Both the position numbers and the translations under genes were made by a program. Below, piece after piece: positions 25,825-39,248 of a stretch of DNA of 64,000 nt. The notes beneath the pieces were generated by a model. That model was not told the DNA's origin. It did no database searches and saw only the letters and a list, made by a program, of their open reading frames with translations. Positions within the stretch are counted from its first letter, which is position 1, and every line of letters starts with the position of its first letter. The stretch is from Octopus vulgaris (taxonomy: Eukaryota): assembly GCA_951406725.2 (NCBI GenBank), contig OX597819.1:117366001-117430000 (forward strand), read 5' to 3'.

Positions 25825-26529
25825 CTTGTTTTATTTATATTTCCTGAGCGCCATACTAATACAATTGTTCGTTTGTTTTCCACCTGCCTTCGTCTTTTGT
25901 TTATTTTCATAAAGCTTCCCGTTATATATTATGCGCTCACGTGGTCTCACTTTCATCCTATATTCTACCAATATCACTATCAACACTTACCTCTACCTTG
26001 GATTTTCTTTACCTCTTGGATACTTACCATTGGCTGCACCTCTCTTTCGCGGATCAAAGTGACTTTGCATTGATGTGAAATCCTTAAAAAATATACCACG
26101 ACGTCTACACATTTCTCACCTTGAACTTTCAACCTTGAACTTGTTCGCATAAACTGTCCCGTTTGTTGTATTTTTATTTTATCTTATATTACCACTTTTT
26201 TTACATTCATTTCATGCTTCCCACATTTTCCTGAATTTTTGTTCTCCTTTCCGTCTTTCTTCCCTCTCTGGATGTCCATACTCCGTTTCCTCTGCCTGCA
26301 CCCCCCTTTTTTTGCCTCCCTCTCTCTGCTTCCCTTCTTTCTTTCCCTTTTCCGTTTGCCCCGTCTTTTCTGCCCCTATCGCTTACTTATCTAGTTTTTT
26401 CTTACGATTATTATTTTTTTGTTTTTTTGAACGTTTGTTTTTTCCCCTTTTTCGCTATCCCCTTTTTTTCTATTTTTTTCATACGATAATTTTTTGTTTT
26501 TTCGAACGTTTTTTTTCCGCTATCCCATC

Positions 26530-29436
26530 ATGCCGGATCCTAGGTCCTACCTCCTCACCCTCCATCACCGTTTGAAGGATCATCTACGTTCGCTTCCTGT
26601 ATATTGCCTTCAGCCGTCCGTTAATCTCTCTCTACTTCTTTTTAAAAAACCCGCTTCTCTAGCCATGTCTCTTTCCTAAGCCGCTGCCTACATCACCGAC
26701 TCATCCCTAAAGGTTTCCGCCTCCACTTCCACCCTGCTCTCCACTCGGATTCTTCCATCTTACCCATACTCCGCACCACATCTTACCGCCTTATGCGGGC
26801 CACCATTCGCTCCAATCTCTCCAAACTACATGCCATCAACCGCCTTCTTCCTCCTGCTTTCTCCACCTTCTTCTCCTCTCTGCCGCCTCTCTATGCTCCA
26901 AACACGCTACGCTTCATTATCCATTTGAATCAACTCTTCCATCAATTTCTTTCTGATACCAAACTTCGTAAACTCCAATCACTCTTCCATTCCACCCTAC
27001 CCGACGCCACTACCCCAACTCCTCCACCACCCTTCTCCCCTCCCGATAGGCTCCATCCACCCACACCTAACCCCACTGCCCCTCCCTACAACCCCTTCTC
27101 CCCTCCCGTTAGGCTCCATCCACCTACACCTAACCCTACTGCCCCGCCCAACCACCCCCCACACACCTCCCCAATCCCTCCCCCTCAGACCTCCACGAGA
27201 CCTACCACCCCTCCTACTTCTATTCCACCCACCCCTTCTCCACTTCCGTCTGTTGTTACCATTCCCCCCGATCTTCCCCTCTCTGCGGCTGAACGCTCCG
27301 TCCTTGGTAGGGGTCTGCGTTTCATCCCCCTCACTCCATCCTGTAAGGAATTCCAGACGCGAGTTGATGTCCACAGCTTTGTGCGCCGTGTCCGGTTGGG
27401 TGCGCATTACCACGACTCGCCACCCACACCCAACGAAGAGGACGACTGCTTCACTGGCCTGGGCCGCCGACCATCCCCGTGGACGCCTGCTCCTGGCCAG
27501 ATCCTAGCAGTGGATCTTTTCGCGGGCGCTTGTCAGCGTGCATTGGAGCGGTTCAACTTCTCCAGGCGCCAACGCCGCCTCAACATCTCCCCGGCTGAGC
27601 TCTTGGCTCTTCGTTCCCTCCAACGGCGCGCTGACATTATCATCAAACCGGCTGACAAGGGTGGAGCTGTAGTGGTGTGGCGCGCGGACCTCTATAGGGC
27701 CGAGGCTTTCCGCCAACTCAATGACACCTCCTTCTATTCCCCTCTGCCCTCTAACCCCACACGTAGCTACCAACAGACGGTATCCTCTACTGTCCAAGAC
27801 CTCATCTCGTCCTCCCGTCTCCCCCGCACCGCATCCAACCTAATTGTGCGAACCCCACGTACCCCCACCATTTACTTCCTCCCCAAAATCCACAAACCCA
27901 ACAACCCTGGCCGCCCCATCGTCTCCGCCTGTAACTGCCCCACGGAGCTCATCTCTAAATACCTCGACCGTGTCCTTGCCCCCCTAGTGGCATCTCTTCC
28001 CTCCCACATCCACGATACCAACCATGCTCTCCGGCTTTTCAACTCTTTCTCCTTTCCTCCCGGCTCCTCCAAAATCCTTTTTACTATGGACATCCAAAGC
28101 CTCTATACTGTTATCCCTCACCACGAAGGACTGCAGGCCCTTCGACACTTTCTTGACCTCCGCTCTAACCCTGTACCTGACACCTCCACACTCATTCGTC
28201 TGGCCGAACTTGTCCTTACTCTGAACTGCTTCTCGTTCGCGGGCGAGTTCTACCATCAGGTCTCGGGAGTGGCCATGGGAACGCGAATGGGCCCCAACTA
28301 TGCGAACCTGTTCGTTGGCTATGTTGAGGCCCAAATATTCTCTAATTTCACTGGTCCCACTCCTGAACTATATGGTCGTTATATTGACGACATTATCGGT
28401 GCCACCTCACTCTCCCGCGAACATCTAGATTCCTTCCTCTCTTTCGTCCAATCTTTCCATCCAGCCCTCCACTTCACTTCCACTATCTCCAACACCTCTG
28501 TCTCCTTCCTCGACATTTCGGTTAGCATTCTTCACTCCACTCTTACCACCTCCATTCACTACAAACACACAGACTCACACTCATACCTCAACTTCTCTTC
28601 CTCCCACCCAGAACACACCAAGCTTTCCATCCCCTATTCCCAATTCCTCCGTCTACGTAGGCTCTGTAGTGACGACCATGACTTTGAGACTCAGTCTCAA
28701 CGTATGGCTCACCACTTCACCCTACGTGGATACCCCCTCACCACTATCCACACCGCCCTTGCCAGAGCACGGTCCGTGGACCGTGTATCTGCTCTCTCTC
28801 CCCGAACCCGCCCTGTAGTCTCCCGCCTCCCTTTTCCCCTCACTTACCACCCCACGACCCTACGTCTCCAACGCACCATTCTTCGAGCTTTCCGTCATCT
28901 CCAGTCCGACCCGTCCACTTCACACCTCTTCCCTAACCGACCCCTCCCCTCTTTCAAACGAGCCCACAACCTTCGAGACCTTTTGGTCCATAGCTCCTTC
29001 CCTGACCCTACCTCCCAACCCGGCTCGTTCCCCTGCTCCCGCCCACGTTGCCGCACTTGCCCTTACCTCTCCAACACCACCCGCCTCACTAGCACCCACC
29101 ATCGACCCTATCCCATCATCCACTCCTTCACCTGCACCTCCAGCAATATTATCTATTGCATCTCTTGCTCTCTCTGCAATTCCTTGTATATCGGACAAAC
29201 GGGACGCCGCTTGGCTGACCGGTTCGCGGAACACCTTCGTGACATCCACCTTGCGAACGACACACCGGTCTCACGCCATTTCCGCTCCACCGGTCACTCC
29301 TTGCAACACCTATCTGTGTTCGGTTTGTCCTTACACAGAGGCCATCCGGATTCCCGTTTGCGCCGTGAACAGGAATTAATCTTCTCTCTTCGCTCTTATA
29401 CGCCATTTGGTCTCAACTCTCCCCCTCCTCATCTAA
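26530..29436 (+). CDS. PLE polyprotein copy 1: reverse transcriptase plus GIY-YIG endonuclease (~969 aa after repairing homopolymer indels)
   Basis: IIKPADKGGAVVVW, LPKIHK, RPIVS, TMDIQSLYT, GVAMGTRMGPNYANLF, RYIDDI, Cys linker CSRPRCRTC, IIYCISCSLC..LYIGQTGR..RFAEH..HF..H..REQELI..PFGLN. One-base loss at T5A6 (~26645). The C-run at ~29421 is 2 bases shorter than in unit 0, where it gives GLNSPPLLI*. Confidence 0.93.
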
Positions 29437-30256
29437 CCCCCCTCTCCCCCCTCCTCACCTATCCTTTCTTCCCCCGACCCCTACTTCTACAGTCCTTCAT
29501 CCTTTCACCCCTACTCCCCTTCCCTTCTTCCCTCTTTCTCCCTCCCTCTTCCCCTTCCCTCTGCTCCCTCACTCCCTCTCTCCCTCTTTCCTCCTTCATC
29601 CCCCTCCTCCCCTTCCTTCTCCCCCATCCTCTCCTCTTCCCCCTTCTCCTCCCCCTCTTCTTCCCCTCGCCTTCTCTCCCCCTCTTCTCCCCTCCCTCTT
29701 CTCCTCACTACACCACATGACTTTACACATCACATCACATATGATGTGCCATACTAATACACACACCAACTAATACATACTAATACGTACTAATACATAC
29801 CAGTACATACTAATACTTACACCAACCCTATACATACACACGTCCAGACCCCGCATACGCACTTATACTCTCTCTCACACACACACACACACCTATACAT
29901 ACCAATACGTACTAATACATACTAATACATACTAATACATACACCAACCCCATACATACGCACGTCCAGACCAATCTTACGCACTAATACTCTCTCATAC
30001 ACACACACACACACACACACCCTTATACATACTAATACATACACCAACCCTATACATACACACATCCAGACCCCTCCCACGCACTTTTAGCTGGTCCCTC
30101 AACCCTTTTATCAACCCTATTATCTCCCCTTATTTCGCTCTCGCGTCTCATGTTTGATCTTTGACCTCTGGCCGAAATCAGATCGCCATGTTGATTCGTT
30201 AGCTACTGCACGCATTTTTTTCTCTCCTTCTTTCTGTGTTTTTCTCTCTCTGTGTA

Positions 30257-30294
30257 TCTTTCTGTTGAAGAGCGTAGGCTCGAAACGTTAAAGA
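30257..30294 (+). ncRNA. Minimal hammerhead ribozyme variant (unit 1)
   Basis: Identical to 25787-25824. Confidence 0.7.
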
Positions 30295-31001
30295 CTTGTT
30301 TTATTTATATTTCCTGAGCGCCATACTAATACAATTGTTCGTTTGTTTTCCACCTGCCTTCGTCTTTTGTTTATTTTCATAAAGCTTCCCGTTATATATT
30401 ATGCGCTCACGTGGTCTCACTTTCATCCTATATTCTACCAATATCACTATCAACACTTACCTCTACCTTGGATTTTCTTTACCTCTTGGATACTTACCAT
30501 TGGCTGCACCTCTCTTTCGCGGATCAAAGTGACTTTGCATTGATGTGAAATCCTTAAAAAATATACCACGACGTCTACACATTTCTCACCTTGAACTTTC
30601 AACCTTGAACTTGTTCGCATAAACTGTCCCGTTTGTTGTATTTTTATTTTATCTTATATTACCACTTTTTTTACATTCATTTCATGCTTCCCACATTTTC
30701 CTGAATTTTTGTTCTCCTTTCCGTCTTTCTTCCCTCTCTGGATGTCCATACTCCGTTTCCTCTGCCTGCACCCCCTTTTTTTGCCTCCCCCTCTCTCTGC
30801 TTCCCTTCTTTCTTTCCCTTTTCCGTTTGCCCCGTCTTTTCTGCCCCTATCGCTTACTTATCTAGTTTTTTCTTACGATTATTATTTTTTTGTTTTTTTG
30901 AACGTTTGTTTTTTCCCCTTTTTTCGCTATCCCCTTTTTTTCTATTTTTTTCATACGATAATTTTTTGTTTTTTCGAACGTTTTTTTTCCGCTATCCCAT
31001 C

Positions 31002-33908
31002 ATGCCGGATCCTAGGTCCTACCTCCTCACCCTCCATCACCGTTTGAAGGATCATCTACGTTCGCTTCCTGTATATTGCCTTCAGCCGTCCGTTAATCTC
31101 TCTCTACTTCTTTTTAAAAAAACCCGCTTCTCTAGCCATGTCTCTTTCCTAAGCCGCTGCCTACATCACCGACTCATCCCTAAAGGTTTCCGCCTCCACT
31201 TCCACCCTGCTCTCCACTCGGATTCTTCCATCTTACCCATACTCCGCACCACATCTTACCGCCTTATGCGGGCCACCATTCGCTCCAATCTCTCCAAACT
31301 ACATGCCATCAACCGCCTTCTTCCTCCTGCTTTCTCCACCTTCTTCTCCTCTCTGCCGCCTCTCTATGCTCCAAACACGCTACGCTTCATTATCCATTTG
31401 AATCAACTCTTCCATCAATTTCTTTCTGATACCAAACTTCGTAAACTCCAATCACTCTTCCATTCCACCCTACCCGACGCCACTACCCCAACTCCTCCAC
31501 CACCCTTCTCCCCTCCCGATAGGCTCCATCCACCCACACCTAACCCCACTGCCCCTCCCTACAACCCCTTCTCCCCTCCCGTTAGGCTCCATCCACCTAC
31601 ACCTAACCCTACTGCCCCGCCCAACCACCCCCCACACACCTCCCCAATCCCTCCCCCTCAGACCTCCACGAGACCTACCACCCCTCCTACTTCTATTCCA
31701 CCCACCCCTTCTCCACTTCCGTCTGTTGTTACCATTCCCCCCGATCTTCCCCTCTCTGCGGCTGAACGCTCCGTCCTTGGTAGGGGTCTGCGTTTCATCC
31801 CCCTCACTCCATCCTGTAAGGAATTCCAGACGCGAGTTGATGTCCACAGCTTTGTGCGCCGTGTCCGGTTGGGTGCGCATTACCACGACTCGCCACCCAC
31901 ACCCAACGAAGAGGACGACTGCTTCACTGGCCTGGGCCGCCGACCATCCCCGTGGACGCCTGCTCCTGGCCAGATCCTAGCAGTGGATCTTTTCGCGGGC
32001 GCTTGTCAGCGTGCATTGGAGCGGTTCAACTTCTCCAGGCGCCAACGCCGCCTCAACATCTCCCCGGCTGAGCTCTTGGCTCTTCGTTCCCTCCAACGGC
32101 GCGCTGACATTATCATCAAACCGGCTGACAAGGGTGGAGCTGTAGTGGTGTGGCGCGCGGACCTCTATAGGGCCGAGGCTTTCCGCCAACTCAATGACAC
32201 CTCCTTCTATTCCCCTCTGCCCTCTAACCCCACACGTAGCTACCAACAGACGGTATCCTCTACTGTCCAAGACCTCATCTCGTCCTCCCGTCTCCCCCGC
32301 ACCGCATCCAACCTAATTGTGCGAACCCCACGTACCCCCACCATTTACTTCCTCCCCAAAATCCACAAACCCAACAACCCTGGCCGCCCCATCGTCTCCG
32401 CCTGTAACTGCCCCACGGAGCTCATCTCTAAATACCTCGACCGTGTCCTTGCCCCCCTAGTGGCATCTCTTCCTCCCACATCCACGATACCAACCATGCT
32501 CTCCGGCTTTTCAACTCTTTCTCCTTTCCTCCCGGCTCCTCCAAAATCCTTTTTACTATGGACATCCAAAGCCTCTATACTGTTATCCCTCACCACGAAG
32601 GACTGCAGGCCCTTCGACACTTTCTTGACCTCCGCTCTAACCCTGTACCTGACACCTCCACACTCATTCGTCTGGCCGAACTTGTCCTTACTCTGAACTG
32701 CTTCTCGTTCGCGGGCGAGTTCTACCATCAGGTCTCGGGAGTGGCCATGGGAACGCGAATGGGCCCCAACTATGCGAACCTGTTCGTTGGCTATGTTGAG
32801 GCCCAAATATTCTCTAATTTCACTGGTCCCACTCCTGAACTATATGGTCGTTATATTGACGACATTATCGGTGCCACCTCACTCTCCCGCGAACATCTAG
32901 ATTCCTTCCTCTCTTTCGTCCAATCTTTCCATCCAGCCCTCCACTTCACTTCCACTATCTCCAACACCTCTGTCTCCTTCCTCGACATTTCGGTTAGCAT
33001 TCTTCACTCCACTCTTACCACCTCCATTCACTACAAACACACAGACTCACACTCATACCTCAACTTCTCTTCCTCCCACCCAGAACACACCAAGCTTTCC
33101 ATCCCCTATTCCCAATTCCTCCGTCTACGTAGGCTCTGTAGTGACGACCATGACTTTGAGACTCAGTCTCAACGTATGGCTCACCACTTCACCCTACGTG
33201 GATACCCCCTCACCACTATCCACACCGCCCTTGCCAGAGCACGGTCCGTGGACCGTGTATCTGCTCTCTCTCCCCGAACCCGCCCTGTAGTCTCCCGCCT
33301 CCCTTTTCCCCTCACTTACCACCCCACGACCCTACGTCTCCAACGCACCATTCTTCGAGCTTTCCGTCATCTCCAGTCCGACCCGTCCACTTCACACCTC
33401 TTCCCTAACCGACCCCTCCCCTCTTTCAAACGAGCCCACAACCTTCGAGACCTTTTGGTCCATAGCTCCTTCCCTGACCCTACCTCCCAACCCGGCTCGT
33501 TCCCCTGCTCCCGCCCACGTTGCCGCACTTGCCCTTACCTCTCCAACACCACCCGCCTCACTAGCACCCACCATCGACCCTATCCCATCATCCACTCCTT
33601 CACCTGCACCTCCAGCAATATTATCTATTGCATCTCTTGCTCTCTCTGCAATTCCTTGTATATCGGACAAACGGGACGCCGCTTGGCTGACCGGTTCGCG
33701 GAACACCTTCGTGACATCCACCTTGCGAACGACACACCGGTCTCACGCCATTTCCGCTCCACCGGTCACTCCTTGCAACACCTATCTGTGTTCGGTTTGT
33801 CCTTACACAGAGGCCATCCGGATTCCCGTTTGCGCCGTGAACAGGAATTAATCTTCTCTCTTCGCTCTTATACGCCATTTGGTCTCAACTCTCCCCCTCC
33901 TCATCTAA
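31002..33908 (+). CDS. PLE polyprotein copy 2 (RT plus GIY-YIG)
   Basis: N-terminus MPDPRSY...FKKTRFSSHVSFLSRCLHHRLIPKGFRL is in frame here; a single C loss at ~32472 splits it into ORFs 30906-32696 and 32558-34195. Confidence 0.92.
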
Positions 33909-34733
33909 CCCCCCTCTCCCCCTCCTCACCTATCCTTTCTTCCCCCGACCCCTACTTCTACAGTCCTTCATCCTTTCACCCCTACTCCCCTTCCCTTCTT
34001 CCCTCTTTCTCCCTCCCTCTTCCCCTTCCCTCTGCTCCCTCACTCCCTCTCTCCCTCTTTCCTCCTTCATCCCCCTCCTCCCCTTCCTTCTCCCCCATCC
34101 TCTCCTCTTCCCCCCTTCTCCTCCCCCTCTTCTTCCCCTCGCCTTCTCTCCCCCTCTTCTCCCCCTCCCCCTCTTCTCCTCACTACACCACATGACTTTA
34201 CACATCACATCACATATGATGTGCCATACTAATACACACACCAACTAATACATACTAATACGTACTAATACATACCAGTACATACTAATACTTACACCAA
34301 CCCTATACATACACACGTCCAGACCCCGCATACGCACTTATACTCTCTCTCACACACACACACACACCTATACATACCAATACGTACTAATACATACTAA
34401 TACATACTAATACATACACCAACCCCATACATACGCACGTCCAGACCAATCTTACGCACTAATACTCTCTCATACACACACACACACACACACACACCCT
34501 ATACATACTAATACATACACCAACCCTATACATACACACATCCAGACCCCTCCCACGCACTTTTAGCTGGTCCCTCAACCCTTTTATCAACCCTATTATC
34601 TCCCCTTATTTCGCTCTCGCGTCTCATGTTTGATCTTTGACCTCTGGCCGAAATCAGATCGCCATGTTGATTCGTTAGCTACTGCACGCATTTTTTTTCT
34701 CTCCTTCTTTCTGTGTTTTTCTCTCTCTGTGTA

Positions 34734-34771
34734 TCTTTCTGTTGAAGAGCGTAGGCTCGAAACGTTAAAGA
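34734..34771 (+). ncRNA. Minimal hammerhead ribozyme variant (unit 2)
   Basis: Identical to 25787-25824. Confidence 0.7.
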
Positions 34772-35479
34772 CTTGTTTTATTTATATTTCCTGAGCGCCA
34801 TACTAATACAATTGTTCGTTTGTTTTCCACCTGCCTTCGTCTTTTGTTTATTTTCATAAAGCTTCCCGTTATATATTATGCGCTCACGTGGTCTCACTTT
34901 CATCCTATATTCTACCAATATCACTATCAACACTTACCTCTACCTTGGATTTTCTTTACCTCTTGGATACTTACCATTGGCTGCACCTCTCTTTCGCGGA
35001 TCAAAGTGACTTTGCATTGATGTGAAATCCTTAAAAAATATACCACGACGTCTACACATTTCTCACCTTGAACTTTCAACCTTGAACTTGTTCGCATAAA
35101 CTGTCCCGTTTGTTGTATTTTTATTTTATCTTATATTACCACTTTTTTTACATTCATTTCATGCTTCCCACATTTTCCTGAATTTTTGTTCTCCTTTCCG
35201 TCTTTCTTCCCTCTCTGGATGTCCATACTCCGTTTCCTCTGCCTGCACCCCCCTTTTTTTGCCTCCCCCTCTCTCTGCTTCCCTTCTTTCTTTCCCTTTT
35301 CCGTTTGCCCCGTCTTTTCTGCCCCTATCGCTTACTTATCTAGTTTTTTCTTACGATTATTATTTTTTTGTTTTTTTGAACGTTTGTTTTTTCCCCTTTT
35401 TTCGCTATCCCCTTTTTTTCTATTTTTTTCATACGATAATTTTTTGTTTTTTCGAACGTTTTTTTTCCGCTATCCCATC

Positions 35480-38386
35480 ATGCCGGATCCTAGGTCCTAC
35501 CTCCTCACCCTCCATCACCGTTTGAAGGATCATCTACGTTCGCTTCCTGTATATTGCCTTCAGCCGTCCGTTAATCTCTCTCTACTTCTTTTAAAAAAAC
35601 CCGCTTCTCTAGCCATGTCTCTTTCCTAAGCCGCTGCCTACATCACCGACTCATCCCTAAAGGTTTCCGCCTCCACTTCCACCCTGCTCTCCACTCGGAT
35701 TCTTCCATCTTACCCATACTCCGCACCACATCTTACCGCCTTATGCGGGCCACCATTCGCTCCAATCTCTCCAAACTACATGCCATCAACCGCCTTCTTC
35801 CTCCTGCTTTCTCCACCTTCTTCTCCTCTCTGCCGCCTCTCTATGCTCCAAACACGCTACGCTTCATTATCCATTTGAATCAACTCTTCCATCAATTTCT
35901 TTCTGATACCAAACTTCGTAAACTCCAATCACTCTTCCATTCCACCCTACCCGACGCCACTACCCCAACTCCTCCACCACCCTTCTCCCCTCCCGATAGG
36001 CTCCATCCACCCACACCTAACCCCACTGCCCCTCCCTACAACCCCTTCTCCCCTCCCGTTAGGCTCCATCCACCTACACCTAACCCTACTGCCCCGCCCA
36101 ACCACCCCCCACACACCTCCCCAATCCCTCCCCCTCAGACCTCCACGAGACCTACCACCCCTCCTACTTCTATTCCACCCACCCCTTCTCCACTTCCGTC
36201 TGTTGTTACCATTCCCCCCGATCTTCCCCTCTCTGCGGCTGAACGCTCCGTCCTTGGTAGGGGTCTGCGTTTCATCCCCCTCACTCCATCCTGTAAGGAA
36301 TTCCAGACGCGAGTTGATGTCCACAGCTTTGTGCGCCGTGTCCGGTTGGGTGCGCATTACCACGACTCGCCACCCACACCCAACGAAGAGGACGACTGCT
36401 TCACTGGCCTGGGCCGCCGACCATCCCCGTGGACGCCTGCTCCTGGCCAGATCCTAGCAGTGGATCTTTTCGCGGGCGCTTGTCAGCGTGCATTGGAGCG
36501 GTTCAACTTCTCCAGGCGCCAACGCCGCCTCAACATCTCCCCGGCTGAGCTCTTGGCTCTTCGTTCCCTCCAACGGCGCGCTGACATTATCATCAAACCG
36601 GCTGACAAGGGTGGAGCTGTAGTGGTGTGGCGCGCGGACCTCTATAGGGCCGAGGCTTTCCGCCAACTCAATGACACCTCCTTCTATTCCCCTCTGCCCT
36701 CTAACCCCACACGTAGCTACCAACAGACGGTATCCTCTACTGTCCAAGACCTCATCTCGTCCTCCCGTCTCCCCCGCACCGCATCCAACCTAATTGTGCG
36801 AACCCCACGTACCCCCACCATTTACTTCCTCCCCAAAATCCACAAACCCAACAACCCTGGCCGCCCCATCGTCTCCGCCTGTAACTGCCCCACGGAGCTC
36901 ATCTCTAAATACCTCGACCGTGTCCTTGCCCCCCTAGTGGCATCTCTTCCCTCCCACATCCACGATACCAACCATGCTCTCCGGCTTTTCAACTCTTTCT
37001 CCTTTCCTCCCGGCTCCTCCAAAATCCTTTTTACTATGGACATCCAAAGCCTCTATACTGTTATCCCTCACCACGAAGGACTGCAGGCCCTTCGACACTT
37101 TCTTGACCTCCGCTCTAACCCTGTATCTGACACCTCCACACTCATTCGTCTGGCCGAACTTGTCCTTACTCTGAACTGCTTCTCGTTCGCGGGCGAGTTC
37201 TACCATCAGGTCTCGGGAGTGGCCATGGGAACGCGAATGGGCCCCAACTATGCGAACCTGTTCGTTGGCTATGTTGAGGCCCAAATATTCTCTAATTTCA
37301 CTGGTCCCACTCCTGAACTATATGGTCGTTATATTGACGACATTATCGGTGCCACCTCACTCTCCCGCGAACATCTAGATTCCTTCCTCTCTTTCGTCCA
37401 ATCTTTCCATCCAGCCCTCCACTTCACTTCCACTATCTCCAACACCTCTGTCTCCTTCCTCGACATTTCGGTTAGCATTCTTCACTCCACTCTTACCACC
37501 TCCATTTACTACAAACACACAGACTCACACTCATACCTCAACTTCTCTTCCTCCCACCCAGAACACACCAAGCTTTCCATCCCCTATTCCCAATTCCTCC
37601 GTCTACGTAGGCTCTGTAGTGACGACCATGACTTTGAGACTCAGTCTCAACGTATGGCTCACCACTTCACCCTACGTGGATACCCCCTCACCACTATCCA
37701 CACCGCCCTTGCCAGAGCACGGTCCGTGGACCGTGTATCTGCTCTCTCTCCCCGAACCCGCCCTGTAGTCTCCCGCCTCCCTTTTCCCCTCACTTACCAC
37801 CCCACGACCCTACGTCTCCAACGCACCATTCTTCGAGCTTTCCGTCATCTCCAGTCCGACCCGTCCACTTCACACCTCTTCCCTAACCGACCCCTCCCCT
37901 CTTTCAAACGAGCCCACAACCTTCGAGACCTTTTGGTCCATACTCCTTCCCTGACCCTACCTCCCAACCCGGCTCGTTCCCCTGCTCCCGCCCACGTTGC
38001 CGCACTTGCCCTTACCTCTCCAACACCACCCGCCTCACTAGCACCCACCATCGACCCTATCCCATCATCCACTCCTTCACCTGCACCTCCAGCAATATTA
38101 TCTATTGCATCTCTTGCTCTCTCTGCAATTCCTTGTATATCGGACAAACGGGACGCCGCTTGGCTGACCGGTTCGCGGAACACCTTCGTGACATCCACCT
38201 TGCGAACGACACACCGGTCTCACGCCATTTCCGCTCCACCGGTCACTCCTTGCAACACCTATCTGTGTTCGGTTTGTCCTTACACAGAGGCCATCCGGAT
38301 TCCCGTTTGCGCCGTGAACAGGAATTAATCTTCTCTCTTCGCTCTTATACGCCATTTGGTCTCAACTCTCCCCCCTCCTCATCTAA
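35480..38386 (+). CDS. PLE polyprotein copy 3 (RT plus GIY-YIG)
   Basis: Same protein; one-base losses at ~35590 (T4A7) and ~37943 (catactcc vs catagctcc); P>S and H>Y substitutions. Confidence 0.9.
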
Positions 38387-39210
38387 CCCCCTCTCCCCCC
38401 TCCTCACCTATCCTTTCTTCCCCCGACCCCTACTTCTACAGTCCTTCATCCTTTCACCCCTACTCCCCTTCCCTTCTTCCCTCTTTCTCCCTCCCTCTTC
38501 CCCTTCCCTCTGCTCCCTCACTCCCTCTCTCCCTCTTTCCTCCTTCATCCCCCTCCTCCCCTTCCTTCTCCCCCATCTTCTCCTCTTCCCCCTTCTCCTC
38601 CCCCTCTTCTTCCCCTCGCCTCTCTCCCCCTCTTCTCCCCCTCCCCCTCTTCTCCTCACTACACCACATGACTTTACACATCACATCACATATGATGTGC
38701 CATACTAATACACACACCAACTAATACATACTAATACGTACTAATACATACCAGTACATACTAATACTTACACCAACCCTATACATACACACGTCCAGAC
38801 CCCGCATACGCACTTATACTCTCTCTCACACACACACACACACCTATACATACCAATACGTACTAATACATACTAATACATACTAATACATACACCAACC
38901 CCATACATACGCACGTCCAGACCAATCTTACGCACTAATACTCTCTCATACACACACACACACACACACACACCCTTATACATACTAATACATACACCAA
39001 CCCTATACATACACACATCCAGACCCCTCCCACGCACTTTTAGCTGGTCCCTCAACCCTTTTATCAACCCTATTATCTCCCCTTATTTCGCTCTCGCGTC
39101 TCATGTTTGATCTTTGACCTCTGGCCGAAATCAGATCGCCATGTTGATTCGTTAGCTACTGCACGCATTTTTTTTCTCTCCTTCTTTCTGTGTTTTTCTC
39201 TCTCTGTGTA

Positions 39211-39248
39211 TCTTTCTGTTGAAGAGCGTAGGCTCGAAACGTTAAAGA
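39211..39248 (+). ncRNA. Minimal hammerhead ribozyme variant (unit 3)
   Basis: Identical to 25787-25824. Confidence 0.7.

Noticed and set aside
26055-26394. Intron in the PLE 5' UTR (gtgact donor, cttatctag acceptor)
   Set aside because: PLEs can retain introns, but the strand is so G-poor and pyrimidine-rich that these signals are uninformative without RNA data.
26636-26652. Programmed -1 frameshift at TTTTTAAAAAAC
   Set aside because: Copy 2 is in frame and copies 1 and 3 lose different bases, so homopolymer error is the simpler explanation.
26997-29406. Antisense ORFs overlapping the PLE ORF in each unit
   Set aside because: Expected shadow ORFs on the G-rich complementary strand; no recognisable domains.
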